From Paragordius varius (taxonomy: Eukaryota; Animalia; Nematomorpha): a stretch of 64,000 bases of DNA. Position numbers and translations under genes: made by a program. Positions 11,701-23,300 of this stretch are shown one piece after another. The stretch covers positions 3,100,001-3,164,000 of the forward strand of contig OZ176058.1 in assembly GCA_964247055.1 (NCBI GenBank), read 5' to 3'. Position 1 is the stretch's first letter. Each line of letters begins with the position of its first letter. The notes under the pieces were generated by a model that saw only the letters and a list, made by a program, of their open reading frames with translations, did no database searches and was not told where the DNA came from.

Positions 11701-14700
11701 TTGATTTATTAGAATTTGTATATTTTTAGATTTTATTCTTTTTTTCCGGTAAAAATTAAATTATACAGTCAAAACTTTTAAACTAACTAAAAGGCAATAT
11801 AATAAAAATAGAATCATCCTTTTTAATGCCTGATTTTTTATGTAAATTTTCGTTCCGGGTGTAGGATTGATTAAGGGTTTAAAAGTATGGTTTTTGAAAA
11901 AATATTTGTCTTTTAGTTTTTACAATATGTTTCTCTTTATAATTTCAAGTTTTACTGTAATAACATAAATTACATAAATCTATTTTTAGTACCTAATCTT
12001 GGCGCGTAAACTGGAAACGTCTGGAGAATCTTTGAGTTTACCAGCCTCAACAAACAACAAAACAAATATTGATAATATTAATAAAAATGATAATTCAAAT
12101 AAAAATATTAACCAAAACAATGTTGAACAAAGGGCGGTGGCGGGTAAAAAATCCCCCAAAAAGTCCTCCTATGTCGGAACAATCGATACAGAATCATCTG
12201 GTCCATGGGCTCAGGGCCTGACGGGGACAGTTATAACCCCTCCGATTGATACAAAGTATGATGAAATTTGATAAATTTGATTTGGCGTGATCTCTTAAAA
12301 TATTTAAATTGCCAAAATATTTAATCATAAAAAAACGTGAAAAAAGCATTATTCTTATGATTTCACCAATATTTAAACTAAAAAAATTTAAATTTAACTA
12401 AATAAGTTTTTAAACACATTAAATATAAAAAAGACAAATATTTTTGGGCATGAAACTATCCTCGATTTTTTTACAATAAAAATTGAAATTATTAGGATAA
12501 AAGTAAAAATATAAAGTCAAATATTTTTTTAAAAGACAACCATACCTTTTCAAACCTTTATTTTTCTTTTATAATTTTAATTACAATTAAATATATAATT
12601 ATGTTATCAATATACTTTTTAATTTTATACTTTTCAGTTTTTAACAATGAGCATATTTTAAAAAATTAAGTTTAAAAAAATATAGGGTCTGTTTAAAAAC
12701 ATCTATCTTTATATTTTTGCGTTTTGTCCGTATATTTTATTTTTTATTCGAAATTTTTTTGTATAAGTTTTAATTAAAAATTAAGTAGTTATTTTTTGAA
12801 TTTAATGAAAAATGCTGAGTTTAGTTGAAAAAATATCATTTTCCTGAATAAACTAATAAATTTTTTGAGATACAGTATAAATATAAATTATACGGAGAAA
12901 ACGTAAATATATAAAAACAATTTTTTTTTCAAAGACCGATGTACTTAAAGTTAGTTGATCTTTCAATAACTCATTGTTTTATACTGTTAATGTGTAAAAT
13001 AGACATGTTTTTACAATATCAAAAAATAACTTCAATATAAAAATTTAAGGTTAAAAAAGTATGATTGTCTATTGAAAAAATTTGGTTCTCATTTAACGTT
13101 TTTTTCTACATAAATTTTAATTTTAGTTTTCAAGAGTTGTCACTTCATCGAAAACAATCGATAACTGAAAGTCACCTGAAAGAAATTTTGAAGGATAAAC
13201 ATATTATAGAAACGAATTTGTCTGACCCCAAAGTAAATTCAACAGAGGATTCCGTAGAAAAAAGTATAGTAAAAGAAAAATTGCATAAAAATAAATTTAT
13301 ATATATTTTTATAATGACTTAAACTTGATATTTCTAACACAAACTATTTAATAACATTTTTAATTTATAAAAAAATAAGCTTATTAACTATATCCATCTT
13401 CATTTATTCCCTAAACGATCACTTTTTCAAAAAGATTTAAAAATATGGTTGTTTAAAAATATTTTTCCTTATATGTTGACATTTTTATTAATATAATTTG
13501 ATTTTTATTTTAAAATAAAATTATAAAGCCAAAATATAGTTATAACCAATATTTATATAATCTACCATATATTTTTAATTTGTTTAATATAGCCTCTTAG
13601 TTTGCAAAATCAAGAGTTAAATTATAATTCTATTTTTGGTTTGTTTTTATCTAAAAAATTTGAAAATTTTTATATGGTATAAATAAATTTTAAACTCTTT
13701 TTTAATGTTTATGATTATAATTGGTATTTCGCAATAATAAATTTATATGATTCATGGCTATCAATAAATAATTCTTTAAATTAGTCTAAATATCAATAAG
13801 AAATATATACTTTTTATCAAAAATATACTTTTTTTATTATTTATAATGGGAATATTCAGCGCAATTGAATAAATTTATTAAAGCAAATTTTTTCGATTAC
13901 TACAGTTAATCTTTGTCAAACGTAAAAAATAAACTTAATAAATAAACTAAAAATTCAAGAATAAAAAAATTTAATAAGAAATGAAATTAAAACATATGTT
14001 TGTAATATTATTTAGAAAAAGGTTGATGATGTTATTTATATTGTTGAAACTTTCTTTCTGTTCATTATATTTTGTTCTTTGTGGTTATTTTAGCAGTAAA
14101 ATTAAAATATAACTAAAAGCTTTATATTTTATAAACAGTTTTATTTTTATTTTTATATTCCCTATAAATTTTGTTGTAATTATTTAATTTTTATTTTTTT
14201 AAAAAAAATTATGATTTTGTGTTTAATTTATTGAAATATATTTATGTCACTAATTTTAAATAAACTTTTAATAGTTTTTATGTATATATATCTTATACTT
14301 ATTTTTGTGGCCTTGCTTCAATAATTTGGTTAGTAAAAATAATATTTTATGAATTTTTTCTAAAAGTATTGGCAAATGTTAACTCAACCCATATATTTAA
14401 CGATTCAAAGTTTAGTAGCGGTTTAGTCGAAATAAGGAAATATTTCAAAACTATCTAAACTTCTTATTAATTACAAAAAATTTATTATAAAAAAATTATA
14501 ATAATTATTAGATAATTTAAGAATTTATTGTGGTTGTTAAGCTTTTTATGGGTTTTTTTGAAACGCAAAACTTTTTTTATAATTTTAATTAAATCGACGA
14601 TATTAATATTATTTATGATTTTGTTAATTTTATTTAGTGACTCAAAAGACATTTTTTTTCAATTTTTATATTGTTAATCAATTTTTTAACTGTAATTATG

Positions 14701-17427
14701 AATTTTAATACTCTTATATTTATTTTTTATATAATTTTTTTTACATGTTTTTTATCAGTTATTGAGAAAGAAATATTGTATGGTAAACCAAGAAAACGTA
14801 AAGAAAGTTTAACCAATACCGGGGAACATATCATAGAATTCGAAAGTCTGTCTGAAGAAAATAAGGATATAGAAAGTCCCAAGAATACACCTCAAAGTAA
14901 TTTATAAATTGCTAAAGTTGTTTTAAATTATATAGAATAAGTTAAAAATTAAAGACAACTATTTTTTATTTTATTTTTCGGTTAACACTTCGATTCAAAT
15001 TGGGGTATCTAACCCCAGACCAAATTGAAATTAATATTTTTAAAAAACAACTGAAGGAAATGGTCCCAATTTAAATTTATGCTTCTATCCAAACAAACAT
15101 TTTAAAAATAAGCTAAAATATCCAAATAAAATTTTTTTTTAAAAAAAAAGTTCCATGTCAAACTACTTCAACTCCAATTTTATTTTACATTTTTGCAAAA
15201 TATCGTGTTCATTTTATTTTTAGGTTAAGTTAAAGCTAATTTTTTATTTAAATTACATTTATCAGTGATAGAAATAATGTATTTTGTAATATTTTTCAAT
15301 TTAGCCGAGCACACATATTACGTTGACTAAAATTTTACATTACATTAAAATAAATTATATCAAGTAATTTTGAATAATAATTTTTATATATTTCATTTTA
15401 TTAATGTTATACAATTGCAAAATGCCACAGCTTAAATTCCTTTCATATTTTATAAAGTATTTAATTTTAAACAGACCTGGGCTACCCAAATACCCCAATT
15501 TGAATCGAAGGATTAAAACTGTGATCCAAGTGTTAATACAGTAAAAATTGATATTATACGGACAAAATGAAAAATATAGAGAAATTTTTGTTTCCAAAAG
15601 ACAACCATATTTTTTTTAAATCCTTAAAAATTGTATAAATACAATTGTTAAATACATAATTGATTGTGTTACCAATACATGTCTTATTTTTACTTTGCGA
15701 TTCTCAACAGTGAGTTATAAGAAAAAATATCAAGATTAAAAATGAATATCTTTTAGAAAAAATATTTGTATTTATATTTTTACGTTTTGTCCGTATAATT
15801 TCAATTATTAATGTAGTAATAATTTGCGTTGAAACATTAATATCACTTATTATATTTTTATTTTATATATCTTTCATTTATATAAAAAAATTTCCTCAAA
15901 AGGTGTAATTATAACGATAAAAAATAAAATTTGAAATTTCCAAATTAATTTTTTAATTTTTTTCTAACTTCAGGTTTATAAACATAAAATGATGAAATTA
16001 TATTTTTATTGAGTCCAAGTTTTTGATTATAAATAATATACCATTTAGAGCACCCTTAAACAATTCAAATTCACCCTAATAAATTATGTGTTTTTCAGGG
16101 AAATGAAATTTTAAATTAATATAATACTGAGAAAAAAATAATATGCCATAAGAATATATTTCTTATTAATGTGGCTCTATTAGCCCGAAAACACAATTTA
16201 TTTTTAGGGTGAATTTAAATTGTTCAAGGAAGAATTGTTCGATATTGTAAATGGTATATATATAATTTTGATAATTTTATAAAAAAATATGAATTTTTTA
16301 AAATAATTTATTTTATAGATTTTACAATTAGTTTTATATAAACCATTTGCATTTCAAGAGTGTCCTTCAACACCTTAAGTTGGTCCTTGAACAATTTAAG
16401 TCGGTCCTTTAACTTTTTTGTTTTTAACTTTTATCAATCAATTCATGTATCATTCAACTATTTACTCATTTTTTACCTATTTTCATTTTTTAACATAAGT
16501 TTTGAATGAAACAACTTTTAATTATTTAAAACTGTATATCTTTTATTTCCTAAGATTTTTTTTAAATTTATTTTTTGGGTTATTAATTACAATCTTGCAT
16601 TAAAAACATTTAAGGGTTAATAATTTTATTAAATTGGGAAAATTTAGTTTGAAACAACAAAGTGGTTTTTGTATATTTTTTTATATTAAATATATAATAA
16701 ATTATTAATAAAATTAGAATAAATAATAAAATAAATAAATACATAAAAATTATGATCAAATTTACATTTAAAAATTTTATGGATCAACTTGAAATGTTCA
16801 AGGACTAATTAAAGTGTTTAAGCTTGAATGCAAAAGGTATATAAACCCGTTAAAAAAATATCAATAGTCTATATAAAAAACAAGGTTTTTTTCCTTAAGT
16901 TCAAATTATAAAGACCAAATGTTTTAATTAAATGACTATTTTTTATTAACGTTTTGGATTGCAGATAAAGCAAAAATGAATATAGTTTTTATAGAAAAAA
17001 TACAGGTTTGAAAAAGTATAGCCGTGTTTTGAAAAAGATTTTTTGTCTTTATGAATTTTATTTTTGTCTAATAGTTTGAATTTGCTAAATTTTTCTTTAT
17101 TAATCCGTTTAACACAATGTGTTGATTCTTTATAAAAACGAATAATTTTCTATGCTAAACATATTGTTTGGATTTAAAATTTAATTTATTAACATTTCAT
17201 TAGATGTTTCGAACATGGATATTAATAATCAAAAAGTGCAAAATACTCCCATTAAACCCAAAGCCAAAACCAAAAAACAACCCATTAGTATACCCAATGA
17301 AGATTTACAAATTGTTGATATTACACCGCACGCTTCACCCTTGAAACAGGAAAATAAATTTGATTTTACGCCTAATGATACGGATCCTAAATTTATTGAA
17401 AACGATAATGAATTTGATTTAAGATAA
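2740..17427 (+). CDS. NAPG: Gamma-soluble NSF attachment protein (gamma-SNAP) with long low-complexity C-terminal expansion, ~556 aa, 13 exons
   Basis: Exons 2740-2804, 2834-2901, 2977-3061, 3417-3434, 4142-4282, 5353-5586, 7923-7999, 9067-9151, 9879-10011, 11990-12255, 13127-13263, 14759-14896, 17204-17427; all introns GT-AG with compatible phases. Translation MVVSSDAKIIEGLKLIEEAEKQLKKNLFKWSADYDTAAEYFNKAAICFQNAQ... follows the gamma-SNAP pattern (KINEGLEHLAKAEKYLKTGFLKWKPDYDSAASEY), continues through ...HIKNLDND|YLILARKL (cf. FKYMDNDYAKLGLSL) and ends ENDNEFDLR*. Exons 11-13 rest on phase compatibility and the SNAP-like tail rather than homology. Confidence 0.9.
6255..7080 (-). mobile_element. 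Decayed Ty3/Gypsy-type LTR retrotransposon integrase fragment (in NAPG intron 6)
   Basis: Frameshifted minus-strand peptides occur in integrase order: KAVLNSLYHS, TVTCLIFQ (HHCC-like), YIDILGNP, YGFTSMLISD, TNGLVERV, MLLTYRNSWHISTNQ. These match Gypsy-like consensus HIDILGP, FGIPxxIISD, TNGLVER, LLAYRNTPHSST. Many stops; no LTR recognised. Confidence 0.6.
8125..8379. mobile_element. MITE family B (TA|CAGT termini, Tc1/pogo-like)
   Basis: TA|CAGTATACGGACAAAACG ... CGTTTGTCCGTATAATTTCAATTTTTACTA; matches the family B terminal inverted repeat. Confidence 0.7.
10735..11245. mobile_element. MITE family D, ~510 bp (core GTAGTTTTATATCC)
   Basis: Shares internal sequence (cctcatcttaaacttttttgccgcc; tttttgtctagtttacatt) in reverse orientation with 41240-41761; related ends at ~1097, ~5879, ~7640, ~10610 and ~36240. 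Confidence 0.5.
14986..15512. mobile_element. MITE family C, piggyBac-like non-autonomous element, 527 bp
   Basis: TTAA at 14982-14985 and 15513-15516; terminal inverted repeat (C/T)(A/C)CTTCGATTCAAATTGGGGTA at both ends; no coding capacity. Confidence 0.85.
15539..15813. mobile_element. MITE family B
   Basis: TA|CAGTAAAAATTGATATTATACGGACAAAATG ... CGTTTTGTCCGTATAATTTCAATT; sits directly beside the family C copy. Confidence 0.75.
16041..16254. mobile_element. MITE family A (CCATTT...AAATGG termini, internal 21-bp repeats)
   Basis: tata|CCATTT ... AACAATTCAAATTCACCCT ... AGGGTGAATTTAAATTGTT ... GTAAATGG|tata. Confidence 0.75.
16343..16837. mobile_element. MITE family A' (sister of A; AAGTTGGTCCTTGAACA repeats)
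   Basis: CCATTTGCATTTCAAGAGTGTCCTT ... TTGAATGCAAAAGG; same termini as 49971-50242. Confidence 0.65.
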
Positions 17428-18870
17428 AATTTATTATGTAAAATTTTTGTATAGCTAGATTTACTATGTATAGTCAATTTTAATGCTTAACTTTTTCTGT
17501 ATCGCATATGCATATATCATCTCTTTAAAGTGTTGAATTACACTAAAATTAATTTATAGGCATGAAACATAAATAAACAAATATTTTATTGAAGTATGCA
17601 ACCAAGCTTTTTTAAATTTTTTTATTGAACATAATTTTTATGTAAAAAGTAAAAAACAAATATTTTCTAAAGTATACAACCAAGCTTTTTTAAAATTTTA
17701 TTTTTTTATTGTAATTTTTCCTAGTACATAATTAAATTTTAACCAATTTACGACCCGATTGTTTTGTTTATAAAATTTAGTTTTTAGGTTGTTATTATAC
17801 TTATACTTTAAAAAGTAATTAATATCCATTTGAATGCAAAAATATTTATCTATATATGTGTAATCAATCTTTACATATTTATAATTTTATTTATTCATTA
17901 TTTGTTTTAAATCCGAAATTTAGACAGCCTAACCTATTAATTTAAAAAGATAGTAAATTACTTTATTATCATATAATAAAACCAAAAAGTTTAAAATATC
18001 AAAGATATGTTGCCCATTTGCAATAATTTAAATTTATTATAGCGGGCAAAAGTTTTAATTTAACTAGTCAAATATATTCCAAACTGATTGCGTTTTCTCT
18101 GAATAAGACCATATTTAACAACATTCCATGCACTTTTTTATATTTTTTTTATTTTTATATACAATAAAAATTGTAATTATACGGACCCAAGACTAATATT
18201 TTTTTCTAAAAACAACCATACTTTTTAAATCTTGATTTTTTGAATAAACTCATCTTTTATGCAAAGTATAAAATATATAAATTGGTAACCAATCAATTTA
18301 GTAAATTATAATAATTATTAAATGATTTTTATAGGATAACTTAAGGTTTAAAATATGAGTTTGTTTTTTTAAATAAAAAATTGTCTTATATTTTACAATT
18401 TGTCCGTATAATTTCAGTTTTTACTATATATATATATATATATATATATTAAATGTCAATGCCAAATATAGTCACTTACATAAATAGCTTTTGAATAATA
18501 TATGTGACTCTATCATTTTTATGTATACTTATATGTGTTTTATATATGTGCAATAAATCTGTATATTATATTTTTTTATGATTGATAAATTAAAAAAAAT
18601 ATAATATAAACCTAAAAATTAACTACCAAATTTTTTTAAAAATAAACCTAATTGTGGAAAGAATACCACCTATATCCGCAAAAACTGAATATTTTATTGT
18701 AAAGTAAAAGTTGAAATTATATATAAACAAAATCAAAAGACATATTATTTTTTCAAACAGACAACCATACTTAAACTTTATTTTTATAAATAACTTATCG
18801 TTTGGGTTGCGAAAAGCTTTTTATTGTTTTTACTCTCGACACACAGTATAATCATACATTTCTAGAATGA

Positions 18871-18997
18871 TTAATTATTGTCAAATAGCATATCCAACAA
18901 AGGGCAGTATTATTGGCTTATAGTTATTTTTTCACATTTTAATATTATTAGCCAATAATAATTCTCTTTGCTGCATATGCTATTTGGCAATAATTAA
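18871..18997. repeat. Intergenic hairpin, ~47-bp arms
   Basis: ttaattattgtcaaatagcatatccaacaaagggcagtattattggct is the near reverse complement of agccaataatattctctttgctgcatatgctatttggcaataattaa; loop about 30 nt. Confidence 0.85.
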
Positions 18998-20322
18998 TAA
19001 CTTTATAGCAATGTAAACTCACTCATACTGTAATTTAAATTATAATTATAGATTTATGTGTAAATTTCAAAGTTTTTGAAAATATGGTTGCCTTTTCGAA
19101 AATAATTTTTTACTATTGTATATACCCATTTATTCTGTATATGCATCAGGACGCCATTAAAATATTTCCAAAAAGGGACCTATCTAAAAACTGTAGAAGA
19201 TTAGAATGAGCTCATATGTTTCTTAGCTTGGTATATTTTTAAAAGTTAGGGGGTGTTACATTATAAGGGTTTTTATCCCTCATCTGGGTTGATTTGTATA
19301 AGAAATAACCTTAAAAAATATTTATAAAGATTATAGTTCAAAATTATTTTATACATTTTTTTACTCCTCATGAATATGATTTTAATTAATAGAAATAATA
19401 AACCATTTTGTTTAACCTCAAGTGGTTAATAGGGGTGTATATAATTAATAAAAAAATAATATTTCAAAAATATGTATTTATCTCTTAGATTGTACATTTT
19501 AAAAAAACTCAAATATAAAATACGCGACATTTTTCTTGTCAAACTGAACCGTTTGTAATTTTATTATTCTTCAAAGGTTTAAACTTAATAAAATATTTTA
19601 TTTTTTGTACCTTTTTAAATAAAAATTCCCCGAAATCGAAAAAGTTTACAGTCAGTTATGACTATTATGGTTTTCAAGATTTTTCAATCATAAGTTTTGA
19701 AACTTTAAAGTCTTTTACACAACAAATTTTTTATTTGCTTTTTTTTCTTATAGACTAATTGACTGCTTGAACAGGTGCTATATATGACAAAATTTGAAAA
19801 GTTGTTTCTAAAGTTCAATGTCAATATAATTATCACCTTTTTTAACACATCCAAAAAAATTTATCATATAATATTTTAATGAACTAGTCATTTAAGCCTT
19901 TTCTATGAGAGATAAGACTAATATTAAAAAATTTAGGCAATTTAGTTTTGTGAAAACTTTGCATAAAATTGAATAAATTTGCTGTCACAAAATAAGATTT
20001 TTTTTATGTGAATGAAATAGGTCAAATTTCAGTTTTACGTTTAAAAGGATATTATAAAATAATATTAAGATTTCAATATTATCTTTTCTAAAATATGAAT
20101 ATATCACACTATTTATATAATTATAGTATTATCACTCATCAAAAAATGTTGCATTTTGGACAATGTTTAAGCATTAATATGATATATTTTAAATAAAATT
20201 TAATAATGATATTTGAAATGCTGTACAATATATTTAAAATTTGTCCGGAAAAATTTTTTTCATCATTCTATAAAATAAATTATCAGTTTTAAATTGATTT
20301 TAGTAATATAAAATTATTAATT

Positions 20323-23300
20323 ATGAATTTCTTCCAAACATTTTCCTTTCTATATATATTCCTTGCTGTTAATTATGCATATATATCTGCCTTCGTTTTG
20401 AATAAGAATCAATATATCAATACGCCTTCTCTTGACACCTCGTTGGAATCAAAGAAAGAATTAAAAGTATTAATGCCGCCATCGGAATCAGCTGATTCAG
20501 AACAAATCAATAATGGATCATTTAGCTTAAGTCACATAATATTAAAACGACAAGATCGTGTTCGTTATAGCAACCACAGAGGTGTGAAAAATCAGAATAG
20601 AAATCACAGTAGAACTTATAATTATAAAAACGGAATAAACTTTCGAAACAGTAGTATTAAGAGAGGTAAGCACCAAGGTAAACATGGAAAAAAACTGGGA
20701 AAATATCATTGGGGCGCCTTATATAATGCTAATAATAAGCATTTTAGAGCAAATGACAAAATTGAAAAGTCTACGGTCCTATGTGCCCCTCTCACCGAAA
20801 AAACAGATTCAGAAAACACTTTAAAAGTTGACACAACTGTCGCAAATCAAATCAATGATAATTCCATCATTCAAGGGAGTGTTGATACAATAACTGATTC
20901 ATTTGCACATAGTGTAACTATCTTGCCTGCCCCAAATACAGTACAAACTTCCACACTTCAAACTTCAGAGCCAGATTTGACTATTGAAAGTACTGGAAAT
21001 ATTGCAAGAATTACCGAAAACGCAAAATCTATAACAGTTATAAATAATGTTGTTTTAACGACTGATGTGCCGCCTATATACGATTATTACGATAGTACGG
21101 AACCGATTAACAGTATTCCAAGTACAACAACGGTTCAAGAAGTTCCCTTAGAAAATAAAGGTAAAATTTATAGTTTTTTATTAATTATATAATTTGGTAA
21201 AACTGATAAATTGCTGTAATAAATGGAATTTTGCACCAAAAAATATGTGATAGTTATTAAAAATAATAATTAAACGTTTCTCCGAAAATTTGCAAACTTT
21301 AATCTTAAAAGCATCATAATTAATTTTTTAACATTAATGTGAAGCAATTTATAGTTATACGTTATAATGTGGATAAATTAAATGATTTATCTCAAGGGTG
21401 TTCAACACAAATGGCTGACCGCAATACGAAAATTCGCGGGCAGCATTTCAAAAACATATGGGTATTAACAAATATTTTATTAAATTTTAAACATAACACT
21501 GTGCAAAAAATAACAGAAAGAGTTTTTTCCATATATAACAATTCATTTGCCGCAAAATTTTTTATTTCTTGACGACCTAATTTTTGGAATATTAAGAGAA
21601 ATTTGAAATCGAGTAAAAAGTGTAAATTGAGCATAATTTAAAAAATAATGATAAAAGTTTAGATATTTAGATCCATAATCATTTTATCAGATACTTAAAA
21701 ATTATAAGCCTAAAATCATAGTTAGTTTTATAAAAACTTAGATCGAAAAATCGTGTTTTTCTTTAACGTAACTAATACCCCATTTTTTTACTAATTTATA
21801 TTAAAATAATTTTTTCAATTATTTATTAGCTGAACTCACTATTAAAATCTTAACTATATATTTTATACAGTAAAAAAAACTTATATTTCATACAATAAAA
21901 ATAACTTATACATCAATATAAAATTATTGTTTTTAGTTTTCTTTTTTCGTTATCCGGTTTATGATTGTATAATAAATTTACAGTTTTATTTTAGAGCGGT
22001 AATTACAGTAAAAATTGAATATATACGAAAAGATAAAAATATAAAGACAAATACTTTTTTCTAAAAGATAACCATACTAATTAAATCTTGATTTAATTAA
22101 ATATATCTTATTGTTTTTGAAAGTATAAAATAGAGATATATATTGGTAACACAATCAATTACATATATTACGATTGCTATTGAAAGATTTTAATAGGATA
22201 AATTAAGGTTTGAAAAAGTATGGTTGAGTAAAAAAAATTGTCTTTATATTTTTACGTTTTGTCAGTATAGTTTTAATAATTACTGTATCTGTATAAATTG
22301 TAATTTATACAAATTTAAACGCAGTAGAAAATCAACCGAAAAACCGTAAAAATTCCAGTAAAATATAAATTTGTGGAAAATCTGTTACAGGGGTTAAACG
22401 GATATTTTGTTGGTCTTCCCCTACTTTTAAATCCTGTACATATATTTATATACTTAATAATTCCCGATCATATAAGATTTTAAAAAACAGTAAATTTATT
22501 ATCTCATAAACCAGATGACAAAAAAAGAAAACATAAAAAGCAATATTTTTATAGTTTTATTTTGTTTAAAATTATATGAATGTTAAGATTTTATTAGTGA
22601 GTTAAGCTAGTAAATAATTTAAGAATATTAATATAATATTATAAAAAAAGTGGTCTGTAGAAAAAAGACCGATTTTTTATGAGTTTTTGTAAAACTTTTA
22701 ACTATATGATTTTGGGTATAAATATAAATAATAAAATATATCTTAATACAAGTTTTTCATTAGTTTTTAGTTATCCTTAATTTTCAATTTTCTAATTTTG
22801 ATAATCTCTCAATATTTCAAAAACTAGTTCGACCATAACTCAAAATTTATGCGGCAATAAATTCGCTAATTATAAGCTATCTCATGAAAAAAATATTTTG
22901 TTAAAAAAATTACCTTATTTGCACACAATGTAAGACTGTAAAAGCTACTATATTTTTAACATTTATCGATAATTCATTGCTAAGTAAAGATTATTATAAT
23001 TTGTTTAAAAAATAATTTTACCTGGATTTTGTAAAATTTTGTATTTAAAATATCTCGCGGGTTGTAGAAATATTTTATGTGGACTGTGTGTTGGTTACCC
23101 CTGCTTAACCTACAGGAACATATTTAGAAAAAGTGTTCTATCATGCTTAATTAAGGGATTTTCGTACCTTTTTATATTTATGAGTGGACTCCATAACTAT
23201 TTTTTGGTATAAAAATCTATTTTAACGAAATTTTTTCGAATACATATATCGACTTATACGTATATCGTTTCAATATGAATATAAACTTTTAATTGTAACT

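Noticed and set aside
11999-12271. Treating 12271 as the only stop of gamma-SNAP, with 13065, 14671 and 17215 as separate small genes
   Set aside because: Three successive phase-matched junctions and the SNAP-like DLR terminus favour one gene; the short form is kept only as a possible isoform.
17229-17477. Minus-strand 82-aa hydrophobic ORF
   Set aside because: Antisense to NAPG exon 13; its composition is explained by the A-rich sense codons.
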